A DNA stretch of 64,000 nucleotides from Nemertoderma westbladi. Taxonomy: Eukaryota > Animalia > Xenacoelomorpha. Every line of letters begins with the position of its first letter. Position 1 is the stretch's first letter. The position numbers were made by a program, and so were the translations under genes. The notes beneath the pieces are model-generated. The model was not told the DNA's origin and made no database searches. It was given only the letters and a program-made list of their open reading frames with translations. The stretch lies in contig JAUCBJ010009105.1 in the NCBI GenBank assembly GCA_032718475.1, positions 38,081 through 102,080 of the forward strand, given 5' to 3'. Shown here piece after piece: positions 1 to 15,000 of this stretch.

Positions 1-3000
1 TGAGGACGCTAATCTGTTCCTGAATTCTCTGGTGTTTAGTGTTCGTTACGAACCAGTGATTGTTTCATCCTGAGGACGCTAATCTGTTCCTGAATTCTCT
101 GGTGTTTAGAGTTCGTTACGAACCAGTGATTGTTTCATCCTGAGGACGCTAATCTGTTCCTGAATTCTCTGGTGTTTAGTGTTCGTTACGAACCTGTGAT
201 TGTTTCATCCTGAGGACGCTAATCTGTTCCTGAATTCTCTGGTGTTTAGTGTTCGTTACGCACCTGTGATTGTTTCATCCTGAGGACGCTAATCTGTTCC
301 TGAATTCTCTGGTGTTTAGTGTTCGTTACGCACCTGTGATTGTTTCATCCTGAGGACGCTAATCTGTTCCTGAATTCTCTGGTGTTTAGTGTTCGTTACG
401 AACCTGTGATTGTTTCACCCTGAGGACGCTAATCTGTTCCTGAATTCTCTGGTGTTTAGTGTTCGTTACGAATCTGTGATTGTTTCATCCTGAGGACGCT
501 AATCTGTTCCTGAATTCTCTGGTGTTTAGAGTTCGTTACGAACCAGTGATTGTTTCATCCTGAGGACGCTAATCTGTTCCTGAATTCTCTGGTGTTTAGT
601 GTTCGTTACGCACCTGTGATTGTTTCACCCTGAGGACGCTAATCTGTTCCTGAATTCTCTGGTGTTTAGTGTTCGTTACGCACCTGTGATTGTTTCATCC
701 TGAGGACGCTAATCTGTTCCTGAATTCTCTGGTGTTTAGTGTTCGTTACGCACCTGTGATTGTTTCACCCTGAGGACGCTAATCTGTTCCTGAATTCTCT
801 GGTGTTTAGTGTTCGTTACGCACCTGTGATTGTTTCATCCTGAGGACGCTAATCTGTTCCTGAATTCTCTGGTGTTTAGTGTTCGTTACGCACCTGTGAT
901 TGTTTCATCCTGAGGACGCTAATCTGTTCCTGAATTCTCTGGTGTTTAGTGTTCGTTACGCACCTGTGATTGTTTCATCCTGAGGACGCTAATCTGTTCC
1001 TGAATTCTCTGGTGTTTAGTGTTCGTTACGCACCTGTGATTGTTTCATCCTGAGGACGCTAATCTGTTCCTGAATTCTCTGGTGTTTAGTGTTCGTTACG
1101 CACCTGTGATTGTTTCATCCTGAGGACGCTAATCTGTTCCTGAATTCTCTGGTGTTTAGTGTTCGTTACGCACCTGTGATTGTTTCATCCTGAGGACGCT
1201 AATCTGTTCCTGAATTCTCTGGTGTTTAGTGTTCGTTACGCACCTGTGATTGTTTCATCCTGAGGACGCTAATCTGTTCCTGAATTCTCTGGTGTTTAGT
1301 GTTCGTTACGCACCTGTGATTGTTTCATCCTGAGGACGCTAATCTGTTCCTGAATTCTCTGGTGTTTAGTGTTCGTTACGCACCTGTGATTGTTTCATCC
1401 TGAGGACGCTAATCTGTTCCTGAATTCTCTGGTGTTTAGTGTTCGTTACGCACCTGTGATTGTTTCATCCTGAGGACGCTAATCTGTTCCTGAATTCTCT
1501 GGTGTTTAGTGTTCGTTACGCACCTGTGATTGTTTCATCCTGAGGACGCTAATCTGTTCCTGAATTCTCTGGTGTTTAGTGTTCGTTACGCATCTGTGAT
1601 TGTTTCATCCTGAGGACGCTAATCTGTTCCTGAATTCTCTGGTGTTTAGTGTTCGTTACGAACCTGTGATTGTTTCATCCTGAGGACGCTAATCTGTTCC
1701 TGAATTCTCTGGTGTTTAGTGTTCGTTACGCACCTGTGATTGTTTCATCCTGAGGACGCTAATCTGTTCCTGAATTCTCTGGTGTTTAGTGTTCGTTACG
1801 CACCTGTGATTGTTTCATCCTGAGGACGCTAATCTGTTCCTGAATTCTCTGGTGTTTAGTGTTCGTTACGCACCTGTGATTGTTTCATCCTGAGGACGCT
1901 AATCTGTTCCTGAATTCTCTGGTGTTTAGTGTTCGTTACGAACCTGTGATTGTTTCACCCTGAGGACGCTAATCTGTTCCTGAATTCTCTGGTGTTTAGT
2001 GTTCGTTACGCATCTGTGATTGTTTCATCCTGAGGACGCTAATCTGTTCCTGAATTCTCTGGTGTTTAGTGTTCGTTACGAACCAGTGATTGTTTCATCC
2101 TGAGGACGCTAATCTGTTCCTGAATTCTCTGGTGTTTAGTGTTCGTTACGCACCTGTGATTGTTTCATCCTGAGGACGCTAATCTGTTCCTGAATTCTCT
2201 GGTGTTTAGTGTTCGTTACGCACCTGTGATTGTTTCATCCTGAGGACGCTAATCTGTTCCTGAATTCTCTGGTGTTTAGTGTTCGTTACGCACCTGTGAT
2301 TGTTTCATCCTGAGGACGCTAATCTGTTCCTGAATTCTCTGGTGTTTAGTGTTCGTTACGCACCTGTGATTGTTTCATCCTGAGGACGCTAATCTGTTCC
2401 TGAATTCTCTGGTGTTTAGTGTTCGTTACGCACCTGTGATTGTTTCATCCTGAGGACGCTAATCTGTTCCTGAATTCTCTGGTGTTTAGTGTTCGTTACG
2501 CACCTGTGATTGTTTCATCCTGAGGACGCTAATCTGTTCCTGAATTCTCTGGTGTTTAGTGTTCGTTACGCACCTGTGATTGTTTCATCCTGAGGACGCT
2601 AATCTGTTCCTGAATTCTCTGGTGTTTAGTGTTCGTTACGCACCTGTGATTGTTTCATCCTGAGGACGCTAATCTGTTCCTGAATTCTCTGGTGTTTAGT
2701 GTTCGTTACGCACCTGTGATTGTTTCATCCTGAGGACGCTAATCTGTTCCTGAATTCTCTGGTGTTTAGTGTTCGTTACGCACCTGTGATTGTTTCATCC
2801 TGAGGACGCTAATCTGTTCCTGAATTCTCTGGTGTTTAGTGTTCGTTACGCACCTGTGATTGTTTCATCCTGAGGACGCTAATCTGTTCCTGAATTCTCT
2901 GGTGTTTAGTGTTCGTTACGCACCTGTGATTGTTTCATCCTGAGGACGCTAATCTGTTCCTGAATTCTCTGGTGTTTAGTGTTCGTTACGCATCTGTGAT

Positions 3001-6000
3001 TGTTTCATCCTGAGGACGCTAATCTGTTCCTGAATTCTCTGGTGTTTAGTGTTCGTTACGCACCTGTGATTGTTTCATCCTGAGGACGCTAATCTGTTCC
3101 TGAATTCTCTGGTGTTTAGTGTTCGTTACGCACCTGTGATTGTTTCATCCTGAGGACGCTAATCTGTTCCTGAATTCTCTGGTGTTTAGTGTTCGTTACG
3201 CACCTGTGATTGTTTCATCCTGAGGACGCTAATCTGTTCCTGAATTCTCTGGTGTTTAGTGTTCGTTACGCACCTGTGATTGTTTCATCCTGAGGACGCT
3301 AATCTGTTCCTGAATTCTCTGGTGTTTAGTGTTCGTTACGCACCTGTGATTGTTTCATCCTGAGGACGCTAATCTGTTCCTGAATTCTCTGGTGTTTAGT
3401 GTTCGTTACGCACCTGTGATTGTTTCATCCTGAGGACGCTAATCTGTTCCTGAATTCTCTGGTGTTTAGTGTTCGTTACGCACCTGTGATTGTTTCATCC
3501 TGAGGACGCTAATCTGTTCCTGAATTCTCTGGTGTTTAGTGTTCGTTACGAACCTGTGATTGTTTCATCCTGAGGACGCTAATCTGTTCCTGAATTCTCT
3601 GGTGTTTAGTGTTCGTTACGCACCTGTGATTGTTTCATCCTGAGGACGCTAATCTGTTCCTGAATTCTCTGGTGTTTAGTGTTCGTTACGCACCTGTGAT
3701 TGTTTCACCCTGAGGACGCTAATCTGTTCCTGAATTCTCTGGTGTTTAGTGTTCGTTACGCACCTGTGATTGTTTCACCCTGAGGACGCTAATCTGTTCC
3801 TGAATTCTCTGGTGTTTAGTGTTCGTTACGCACCTGTGATTGTTTCACCCTGAGGACGCTAATCTGTTCCTGAATTCTCTGGTGTTTAGTGTTCGTTACG
3901 CACCTGTGATTGTTTCATCCTGAGGACGCTAATCTGTTCCTGAATTCTCTGGTGTTTAGTGTTCGTTACGCACCAGTGATTGTTTCATCCTGAGGACGCT
4001 AATCTGTTCCTGAATTCTCTGGTGTTTAGTGTTCGTTACGAACCAGTGATTGTTTCATCCTGAGGACGCTAATCTGTTCCTGAATTCTCTGGTGTTTAGT
4101 GTTCGTTACGCACCTGTGATTGTTTCACCCTGAGGACGCTAATCTGTTCCTGAATTCTCTGGTGTTTAGTGTTCGTTACGCACCTGTGATTGTTTCATCC
4201 TGAGGACGCTAATCTGTTCCTGAATTCTCTGGTGTTTAGTGTTCGTTACGCACCTGTGATTGTTTCATCCTGAGGACGCTAATCTGTTCCTGAATTCTCT
4301 GGTGTTTAGTGTTCGTTACGCACCTGTGATTGTTTCATCCTGAGGACGCTAATCTGTTCCTGAATTCTCTGGTGTTTAGTGTTCGTTACGCACCTGTGAT
4401 TGTTTCACCCTGAGGACGCTAATCTGTTCCTGAATTCTCTGGTGTTTAGTGTTCGTTACGCACCTGTGATTGTTTCATNNNNNNNNNNNNNNNNNNNNNN
4501 NNNNNNNNNNNNNNNNNNNNNNNNNNNNNNNNNNNNNNNNNNNNNNNNNNNNNNNNNNNNNNNNNNNNNNNNNNNNNNGTGATTGTTTCATCCTGAGGAC
4601 GCTAATCTGTTCCTGAATTCTCTGGTGTTTAGTGTTCGTTACGCACCTGTGATTGTTTCATCCTGAGGACGCTAATCTGTTCCTGAATTCTCTGGTGTTT
4701 AGTGTTCGTTACGCACCTGTGATTGTTTCATCCTGAGGACGCTAATCTGTTCCTGAATTCTCTGGTGTTTAGTGTTCGTTACGCACCTGTGATTGTTTCA
4801 TCCTGAGGACGCTAATCTGTTCCTGAATTCTCTGGTGTTTAGTGTTCGTTACGCACCTGTGATTGTTTCATCCTGAGGACGCTAATCTGTTCCTGAATTC
4901 TCTGGTGTTTAGTGTTCGTTACGAACCTGTGATTGTTTCATCCTGAGGACGCTAATCTGTTCCTGAATTCTCTGGTGTTTAGTGTTCGTTACGCACCTGT
5001 GATTGTTTCATCCTGAGGACGCTAATCTGTTCCTGAATTCTCTGGTGTTTAGTGTTCGTTACGCACCTGTGATTGTTTCATCCTGAGGACGCTAATCTGT
5101 TCCTGAATTCTCTGGTGTTTAGTGTTCGTTACGCACCTGTGATTGTTTCATCCTGAGGACGCTAATCTGTTCCTGAATTCTCTGGTGTTTAGTGTTCGTT
5201 ACGCACCTGTGATTGTTTCATCCTGAGGACGCTAATCTGTTCCTGAATTCTCTGGTGTTTAGTGTTCGTTACGCACCTGTGATTGTTTCATCCTGAGGAC
5301 GCTAATCTGTTCCTGAATTCTCTGGTGTTTAGTGTTCGTTACGCACCTGTGATTGTTTCATCCTGAGGACGCTAATCTGTTCCTGAATTCTCTGGTGTTT
5401 AGTGTTCGTTACGCACCTGTGATTGTTTCATCCTGAGGACGCTAATCTGTTCCTGAATTCTCTGGTGTTTAGTGTTCGTTACGCACCTGTGATTGTTTCA
5501 TCCTGAGGACGCTAATCTGTTCCTGAATTCTCTGGTGTTTAGTGTTCGTTACGCACCTGTGATTGTTTCATCCTGAGGACGCTAATCTGTTCCTGAATTC
5601 TCTGGTGTTTAGTGTTCGTTACGCACCTGTGATTGTTTCATCCTGAGGACGCTAATCTGTTCCTGAATTCTCTGGTGTTTAGTGTTCGTTACGCACCTGT
5701 GATTGTTTCATCCTGAGGACGCTAATCTGTTCCTGAATTCTCTGGTGTTTAGTGTTCGTTACGCACCTGTGATTGTTTCATCCTGAGGACGCTAATCTGT
5801 TCCTGAATTCTCTGGTGTTTAGTGTTCGTTACGCACCTGTGATTGTTTCATCCTGAGGACGCTAATCTGTTCCTGAATTCTCTGGTGTTTAGTGTTCGTT
5901 ACGCATCTGTGATTGTTTCATCCTGAGGACGCTAATCTGTTCCTGAATTCTCTGGTGTTTAGTGTTCGTTACGAACCTGTGATTGTTTCATCCTGAGGAC

Positions 6001-9000
6001 GCTAATCTGTTCCTGAATTCTCTGGTGTTTAGTGTTCGTTACGCACCTGTGATTGTTTCATCCTGAGGACGCTAATCTGTTCCTGAATTCTCTGGTGTTT
6101 AGTGTTCGTTACGCACCTGTGATTGTTTCATCCTGAGGACGCTAATCTGTTCCTGAATTCTCTGGTGTTTAGTGTTCGTTACGCACCTGTGATTGTTTCA
6201 TCCTGAGGACGCTAATCTGTTCCTGAATTCTCTGGTGTTTAGTGTTCGTTACGCACCTGTGATTGTTTCATCCTGAGGACGCTAATCTGTTCCTGAATTC
6301 TCTGGTGTTTAGTGTTCGTTACGCACCTGTGATTGTTTCATCCTGAGGACGCTAATCTGTTCCTGAATTCTCTGGTGTTTAGTGTTCGTTACGAATCTGT
6401 GATTGTTTCATCCTGAGGACGCTAATCTGTTCCTGAATTCTCTGGTGTTTAGAGTTCGTTACGAACCAGTGATTGTTTCATCCTGAGGACGCTAATCTGT
6501 TCCTGAATTCTCTGGTGTTTAGTGTTCGTTACGCACCTGTGATTGTTTCACCCTGAGGACGCTAATCTGTTCCTGAATTCTCTGGTGTTTAGTGTTCGTT
6601 ACGCACCTGTGATTGTTTCATCCTGAGGACGCTAATCTGTTCCTGAATTCTCTGGTGTTTAGTGTTCGTTACGCACCTGTGATTGTTTCACCCTGAGGAC
6701 GCTAATCTGTTCCTGAATTCTCTGGTGTTTAGTGTTCGTTACGCACCTGTGATTGTTTCATCCTGAGGACGCTAATCTGTTCCTGAATTCTCTGGTGTTT
6801 AGTGTTCGTTACGCACCTGTGATTGTTTCATCCTGAGGACGCTAATCTGTTCCTGAATTCTCTGGTGTTTAGTGTTCGTTACGCACCTGTGATTGTTTCA
6901 TCCTGAGGACGCTAATCTGTTCCTGAATTCTCTGGTGTTTAGTGTTCGTTACGCACCTGTGATTGTTTCACCCTGAGGACGCTAATCTGTTCCTGAATTC
7001 TCTGGTGTTTAGTGTTCGTTACGCACCTGTGATTGTTTCATCCTGAGGACGCTAATCTGTTCCTGAATTCTCTGGTGTTTAGTGTTCGTTACGCACCTGT
7101 GATTGTTTCATCCTGAGGACGCTAATCTGTTCCTGAATTCTCTGGTGTTTAGTGTTCGTTACGAACCTGTGATTGTTTCATCCTGAGGACGCTAATCTGT
7201 TCCTGAATTCTCTGGTGTTTAGTGTTCGTTACGCACCTGTGATTGTTTCATCCTGAGGACGCTAATCTGTTCCTGAATTCTCTGGTGTTTAGTGTTCGTT
7301 ACGCATCTGTGATTGTTTCATCCTGAGGACGCTAATCTGTTCCTGAATTCTCTGGTGTTTAGTGTTCGTTACGCATCTGTGATTGTTTCATCCTGAGGAC
7401 GCTAATCTGTTCCTGAATTCTCTGGTGTTTAGTGTTCGTTACGCACCTGTGATTGTTTCATCCTGAGGACGCTAATCTGTTCCTGAATTCTCTGGTGTTT
7501 AGTGTTCGTTACGCACCTGTGATTGTTTCATCCTGAGGACGCTAATCTGTTCCTGAATTCTCTGGTGTTTAGTGTTCGTTACGCACCTGTGATTGTTTCA
7601 TCCTGAGGACGCTAATCTGTTCCTGAATTCTCTGGTGTTTAGTGTTCGTTACGCATCTGTGATTGTTTCATCCTGAGGACGCTAATCTGTTCTTGAATTC
7701 TCTGGTGTTTAGTGTTCGTTACGCACCTGTGATTGTTTCATCCTGAGGACGCTAATCTGTTCCTGAATTCTCTGGTGTTTAGTGTTCGTTACGCATCTGT
7801 GATTGTTTCATCCTGAGGACGCTAATCTGTTCCTGAATTCTCTGGTGTTTAGTGTTCGTTACGAACCTGTGATTGTTTCATCCTTAGGACGCTAATCTGT
7901 TCCTGAATTCTCTGGTGTTTAGTGTTCGTTACGCACCTGTGATTGTTTCATCCTGAGGACGCTAATCTGTTCCTGAATTCTCTGGTGTTTAGTGTTCGTT
8001 ACGCACCTGTGATTGTTTCATCCTGAGGACGGTAATCTGTTCCTGAATTCTCTGGTGTTTAGTGTTCGTTACGCACCTGTGATTGTTTCACCCTGAGGAC
8101 GCTAATCTGTTCCTGAATTCTCTGGTGTTTAGTGTTCGTTACGCACCTGTGATTGTTTCATTCTGAGGACGCTAATCTGTTCTTGAATTCTCTGGTGTTT
8201 AGTGTTCGTTACGCACATGTGATTGTTTCATCCTGAGGACGCTAATCTGTTCCTGAATTCTCGGGTGTTTAGTGTTCGTTACGCATCTGTGATTGTTTCA
8301 TCCTGAGGACGCTAATCTGTTCCTGAATTCTCTGGTGTTTAGTGTTCGTTACGAACCTGTGATTGTTTCATCCTTAGGACGCTAATCTGTTCCTGAATTC
8401 TCTGGTGTTTAGTGTTCGTTACGCACCTGTGATTGTTTCATCCTGAGGACGCTAATCTGTTCCTGAATTCTCTGGTGTTTAGTGTTCGTTACGCACCTGT
8501 GATTGTTTCATCCTGAGGACGCTAATCTGTTCCTGAATTCTCTGGTGTTTAGTGTTCGTTACGCACCTGTGATTGTTTCACCCTGAGGACGCTAATCTGT
8601 TCCTGAATTCTCTGGTGTTTAGTGTTCGTTACGCACCTGTGATTGTTTCATCCTGAGGACGCTAATCTGTTCCTGAATTCTCTGGTGTTTAGTGTTCGTT
8701 ACGAACATGTGATTGTTTCATCCTGAGGACGCTAATCTGTTCCTGAATTCTCTGGTGTTTAGTGTTCGTTACGAACATGTGATTGTTTCATCCTGAGGAC
8801 GCTAATCTGTTCCTGAATTCTCTGGTGTTTAGTGTTCGTTACGCACCTGTGATTGTTTCACCCTGAGGACGCTAATCTGTTCCTGAATTCTCTGGTGTTT
8901 AGTGTTCGTTACGCACCTGTGATTGTTTCACCCTGAGGACGCTAATCTGTTCCTGAATTCTCTGGTGTTTAGTGTTCGTTACGCACCTGTGATTGTTTCA

Positions 9001-12000
9001 CCCTGAGGACGCTAATCTGTTCCTGAATTCTCTGGTGTTTAGTGTTCGTTACGCACCTGTGATTGTTTCATCCTGAGGACGCTAATCTGTTCCTGAATTC
9101 TCTGGTGTTTAGTGTTCGTTACGCACCAGTGATTGTTTCATCCTGAGGACGCTAATCTGTTCCTGAATTCTCTGGTGTTTAGTGTTCGTTACGAACCAGT
9201 GATTGTTTCATCCTGAGGACGCTAATCTGTTCCTGAATTCTCTGGTGTTTAGAGTTCGTTACGAACCAGTGATTGTTTCATCCTGAGGACGCTAATCTGT
9301 TCCTGAATTCTCTGGTGTTTAGTGTTCGTTACGAACCAGTGATTGTTTCATCCTGAGGACGGTAATCTGTTCCTGAATTCTCTGGTGTTTAGAGTTCGTT
9401 ACGAACCAGTGATTGTTTCATCCTGAGGACGCTAATCTGTTCCTGAATTCTCTGGTGTTTAGTGTTCGTTACGAACCTGTGATTGTTTCATCTTGAGGAC
9501 GCTAATCTGTTCCTGAATTCTCTGGTGTTTAGTGTTCGTTACGCACCTGTGATTGTTTCATCCTGAGGACGCTAATCTGTTCCTGAATTCTCTGGTGTTT
9601 AGTGTTCGTTACGCACCTGTGATTGTTTCATCCTGAGGACGCTAATCTGTTCCTGAATTCTCTGGTGTTTAGTGTTCGTTACGAACCTGTGATTGTTTCA
9701 CCCTGAGGACGCTAATCTGTTCCTGAATTCTCTGGTGTTTAGTGTTCGTTACGAATCTGTGATTGTTTCATCCTGAGGACGCTAATCTGTTCCTGAATTC
9801 TCTGGTGTTTAGAGTTCGTTACGAACCAGTGATTGTTTCATCCTGAGGACGCTAATCTGTTCCTGAATTCTCTGGTGTTTAGTGTTCGTTACGCACCTGT
9901 GATTGTTTCACCCTGAGGACGCTAATCTGTTCCTGAATTCTCTGGTGTTTAGTGTTCGTTACGCACCTGTGATTGTTTCATCCTGAGGACGCTAATCTGT
10001 TCCTGAATTCTCTGGTGTTTAGTGTTCGTTACGCACCTGTGATTGTTTCACCCTGAGGACGCTAATCTGTTCCTGAATTCTCTGGTGTTTAGTGTTCGTT
10101 ACGCACCTGTGATTGTTTCATCCTGAGGACGCTAATCTGTTCCTGAATTCTCTGGTGTTTAGTGTTCGTTACGCACCTGTGATTGTTTCATCCTGAGGAC
10201 GCTAATCTGTTCCTGAATTCTCTGGTGTTTAGTGTTCGTTACGCACCTGTGATTGTTTCATCCTGAGGACGCTAATCTGTTCCTGAATTCTCTGGTGTTT
10301 AGTGTTCGTTACGCACCTGTGATTGTTTCACCCTGAGGACGCTAATCTGTTCCTGAATTCTCTGGTGTTTAGTGTTCGTTACGCACCTGTGATTGTTTCA
10401 TCCTGAGGACGCTAATCTGTTCCTGAATTCTCTGGTGTTTAGTGTTCGTTACGCACCTGTGATTGTTTCATCCTGAGGACGCTAATCTGTTCCTGAATTC
10501 TCTGGTGTTTAGTGTTCGTTACGCACCTGTGATTGTTTCATCCTGAGGACGCTAATCTGTTCCTGAATTCTCTGGTGTTTAGTGTTCGTTACGCATCTGT
10601 GATTGTTTCATCCTGAGGACGCTAATCTGTTACTGAATTCTCTGGTGTTTAGTGTTCGTTACGCACCTGTGATTGTTTCATCCTGAGGACGCTAATCTGT
10701 TCCTGAATTCTCTGGTGTTTAGTGTTCGTTACGAACCTGTGATTGTTTCATCCTGAGGACGCTAATCTGTTCCTGAATTCTCTGGTGTTTAGTGTTCGTT
10801 ACGAATCTGTGATTGTTTCATCCTGAGGACGCTAATCTGTTCCTGAATTCTCTGGTGTTTAGTGTTCGTTACGCATCTGTGATTGTTTCATCCTGAGGAC
10901 GCTAATCTGTTCCTGAATTCTCTGGTGTTTAGTGTTCGTTACGCACCTGTGATTGTTTCATCCTGAGGACGCTAATCTGTTCCTGAATTCTCTGGTGTTT
11001 AGTGTTCGTTACGCATCTGTGATTGTTTCATCCTGAGGACGCTAATCTGTTCCTGAATTCTCTGGTGTTTAGTGTTCGTTACGCACCTGTGATTGTTTCA
11101 TCCTGAGGACGCTAATCTGTTCCTGAATTCTCTGGTGTTTAGTGTTCGTTACGCACCTGTGATTGTTTCATCCTGAGGACGCTAATCTGTTCCTGAATTC
11201 TCTAGTGTTTAGTGTTCGTTACGCACCTGTGATTGTTTCATCCTGAGGACGCTAATCTGTTCCTGAATTCTCTGGTGTTTAGTGTTCGTTACGAATCTGT
11301 GATTGTTTCATCCTGAGGACGCTAATCTGTTCCTGAATTCTCTGGTGTTTAGAGTTCGTTACGAACCAGTGATTGTTTCATCCTGAGGACGCTAATCTGT
11401 TCCTGAATTCTCTGGTGTTTAGTGTTCGTTACGCACCTGTGATTGTTTCACCCTGAGGACGCTAATCTGTTCCTGAATTCTCTGGTGTTTAGTGTTCGTT
11501 ACGCACCTGTGATTGTTTCATCCTGAGGACGCTAATCTGTTCCTGAATTCTCTGGTGTTTAGTGTTCGTTACGCACCTGTGATTGTTTCACCCTGAGGAC
11601 GCTAATCTGTTCCTGAATTCTCTGGTGTTTAGTGTTCGTTACGCACCTGTGATTGTTTCATCCTGAGGACGCTAATCTGTTCCTGAATTCTCTGGTGTTT
11701 AGTGTTCGTTACGCACCTGTGATTGTTTCATCCTGAGGACGCTAATCTGTTCCTGAATTCTCTGGTGTTTAGTGTTCGTTACGCACCTGTGATTGTTTCA
11801 TCCTGAGGACGCTAATCTGTTCCTGAATTCTCTGGTGTTTAGTGTTCGTTACGCACCTGTGATTGTTTCACCCTGAGGACGCTAATCTGTTCCTGAATTC
11901 TCTGGTGTTTAGTGTTCGTTACGCACCTGTGATTGTTTCATCCTGAGGACGCTAATCTGTTCCTGAATTCTCTGGTGTTTAGTGTTCGTTACGCACCTGT

Positions 12001-15000
12001 GATTGTTTCATCCTGAGGACGCTAATCTGTTCCTGAATTCTCTGGTGTTTAGTGTTCGTTACGAACCTGTGATTGTTTCATCCTGAGGACGCTAATCTGT
12101 TCCTGAATTCTCTGGTGTTTAGTGTTCGTTACGCACCTGTGATTGTTTCATCCTGAGGACGCTAATCTGTTCCTGAATTCTCTGGTGTTTAGTGTTCGTT
12201 ACGCATCTGTGATTGTTTCATCCTGAGGACGCTAATCTGTTCCTGAATTCTCTGGTGTTTAGTGTTCGTTACGCATCTGTGATTGTTTCATCCTGAGGAC
12301 GCTAATCTGTTCCTGAATTCTCTGGTGTTTAGTGTTCGTTACGCACCTGTGATTGTTTCATCCTGAGGACGCTAATCTGTTCCTGAATTCTCTGGTGTTT
12401 AGTGTTCGTTACGCACCTGTGATTGTTTCATCCTGAGGACGCTAATCTGTTCCTGAATTCTCTGGTGTTTAGTGTTCGTTACGCACCTGTGATTGTTTCA
12501 TCCTGAGGACGCTAATCTGTTCCTGAATTCTCTGGTGTTTAGTGTTCGTTACGCATCTGTGATTGTTTCATCCTGAGGACGCTAATCTGTTCTTGAATTC
12601 TCTGGTGTTTAGTGTTCGTTACGCACCTGTGATTGTTTCATCCTGAGGACGCTAATCTGTTCCTGAATTCTCTGGTGTTTAGTGTTCGTTACGCATCTGT
12701 GATTGTTTCATCCTGAGGACGCTAATCTGTTCCTGAATTCTCTGGTGTTTAGTGTTCGTTACGAACCTGTGATTGTTTCATCCTTAGGACGCTAATCTGT
12801 TCCTGAATTCTCTGGTGTTTAGTGTTCGTTACGCACCTGTGATTGTTTCATCCTGAGGACGCTAATCTGTTCCTGAATTCTCTGGTGTTTAGTGTTCGTT
12901 ACGCACCTGTGATTGTTTCATCCTGAGGACGGTAATCTGTTCCTGAATTCTCTGGTGTTTAGTGTTCGTTACGCACCTGTGATTGTTTCACCCTGAGGAC
13001 GCTAATCTGTTCCTGAATTCTCTGGTGTTTAGTGTTCGTTACGCACCTGTGATTGTTTCATTCTGAGGACGCTAATCTGTTCTTGAATTCTCTGGTGTTT
13101 AGTGTTCGTTACGCACATGTGATTGTTTCATCCTGAGGACGCTAATCTGTTCCTGAATTCTCGGGTGTTTAGTGTTCGTTACGCATCTGTGATTGTTTCA
13201 TCCTGAGGACGCTAATCTGTTCCTGAATTCTCTGGTGTTTAGTGTTCGTTACGAACCTGTGATTGTTTCATCCTTAGGACGCTAATCTGTTCCTGAATTC
13301 TCTGGTGTTTAGTGTTCGTTACGCACCTGTGATTGTTTCATCCTGAGGACGCTAATCTGTTCCTGAATTCTCTGGTGTTTAGTGTTCGTTACGCACCTGT
13401 GATTGTTTCATCCTGAGGACGCTAATCTGTTCCTGAATTCTCTGGTGTTTAGTGTTCGTTACGCACCTGTGATTGTTTCACCCTGAGGACGCTAATCTGT
13501 TCCTGAATTCTCTGGTGTTTAGTGTTCGTTACGCACCTGTGATTGTTTCATCCTGAGGACGCTAATCTGTTCCTGAATTCTCTGGTGTTTAGTGTTCGTT
13601 ACGAACATGTGATTGTTTCATCCTGAGGACGCTAATCTGTTCCTGAATTCTCTGGTGTTTAGTGTTCGTTACGAACATGTGATTGTTTCATCCTGAGGAC
13701 GCTAATCTGTTCCTGAATTCTCTGGTGTTTAGTGTTCGTTACGCACCTGTGATTGTTTCACCCTGAGGACGCTAATCTGTTCCTGAATTCTCTGGTGTTT
13801 AGTGTTCGTTACGCACCTGTGATTGTTTCACCCTGAGGACGCTAATCTGTTCCTGAATTCTCTGGTGTTTAGTGTTCGTTACGCACCTGTGATTGTTTCA
13901 CCCTGAGGACGCTAATCTGTTCCTGAATTCTCTGGTGTTTAGTGTTCGTTACGCACCTGTGATTGTTTCATCCTGAGGACGCTAATCTGTTCCTGAATTC
14001 TCTGGTGTTTAGTGTTCGTTACGCACCAGTGATTGTTTCATCCTGAGGACGCTAATCTGTTCCTGAATTCTCTGGTGTTTAGTGTTCGTTACGAACCAGT
14101 GATTGTTTCATCCTGAGGACGCTAATCTGTTCCTGAATTCTCTGGTGTTTAGAGTTCGTTACGAACCAGTGATTGTTTCATCCTGAGGACGCTAATCTGT
14201 TCCTGAATTCTCTGGTGTTTAGTGTTCGTTACGAACCAGTGATTGTTTCATCCTGAGGACGGTAATCTGTTCCTGAATTCTCTGGTGTTTAGAGTTCGTT
14301 ACGAACCAGTGATTGTTTCATCCTGAGGACGCTAATCTGTTCCTGAATTCTCTGGTGTTTAGTGTTCGTTACGAACCTGTGATTGTTTCATCTTGAGGAC
14401 GCTAATCTGTTCCTGAATTCTCTGGTGTTTAGTGTTCGTTACGCACCTGTGATTGTTTCATCCTGAGGACGCTAATCTGTTCCTGAATTCTCTGGTGTTT
14501 AGTGTTCGTTACGCACCTGTGATTGTTTCATCCTGAGGACGCTAATCTGTTCCTGAATTCTCTGGTGTTTAGTGTTCGTTACGAACCTGTGATTGTTTCA
14601 CCCTGAGGACGCTAATCTGTTCCTGAATTCTCTGGTGTTTAGTGTTCGTTACGAATCTGTGATTGTTTCATCCTGAGGACGCTAATCTGTTCCTGAATTC
14701 TCTGGTGTTTAGAGTTCGTTACGAACCAGTGATTGTTTCATCCTGAGGACGCTAATCTGTTCCTGAATTCTCTGGTGTTTAGTGTTCGTTACGCACCTGT
14801 GATTGTTTCACCCTGAGGACGCTAATCTGTTCCTGAATTCTCTGGTGTTTAGTGTTCGTTACGCACCTGTGATTGTTTCATCCTGAGGACGCTAATCTGT
14901 TCCTGAATTCTCTGGTGTTTAGTGTTCGTTACGCACCTGTGATTGTTTCACCCTGAGGACGCTAATCTGTTCCTGAATTCTCTGGTGTTTAGTGTTCGTT

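Noticed and set aside
4400-4582. 60-aa ORF
   Set aside because: Artefact of satellite sequence reading into the N gap.
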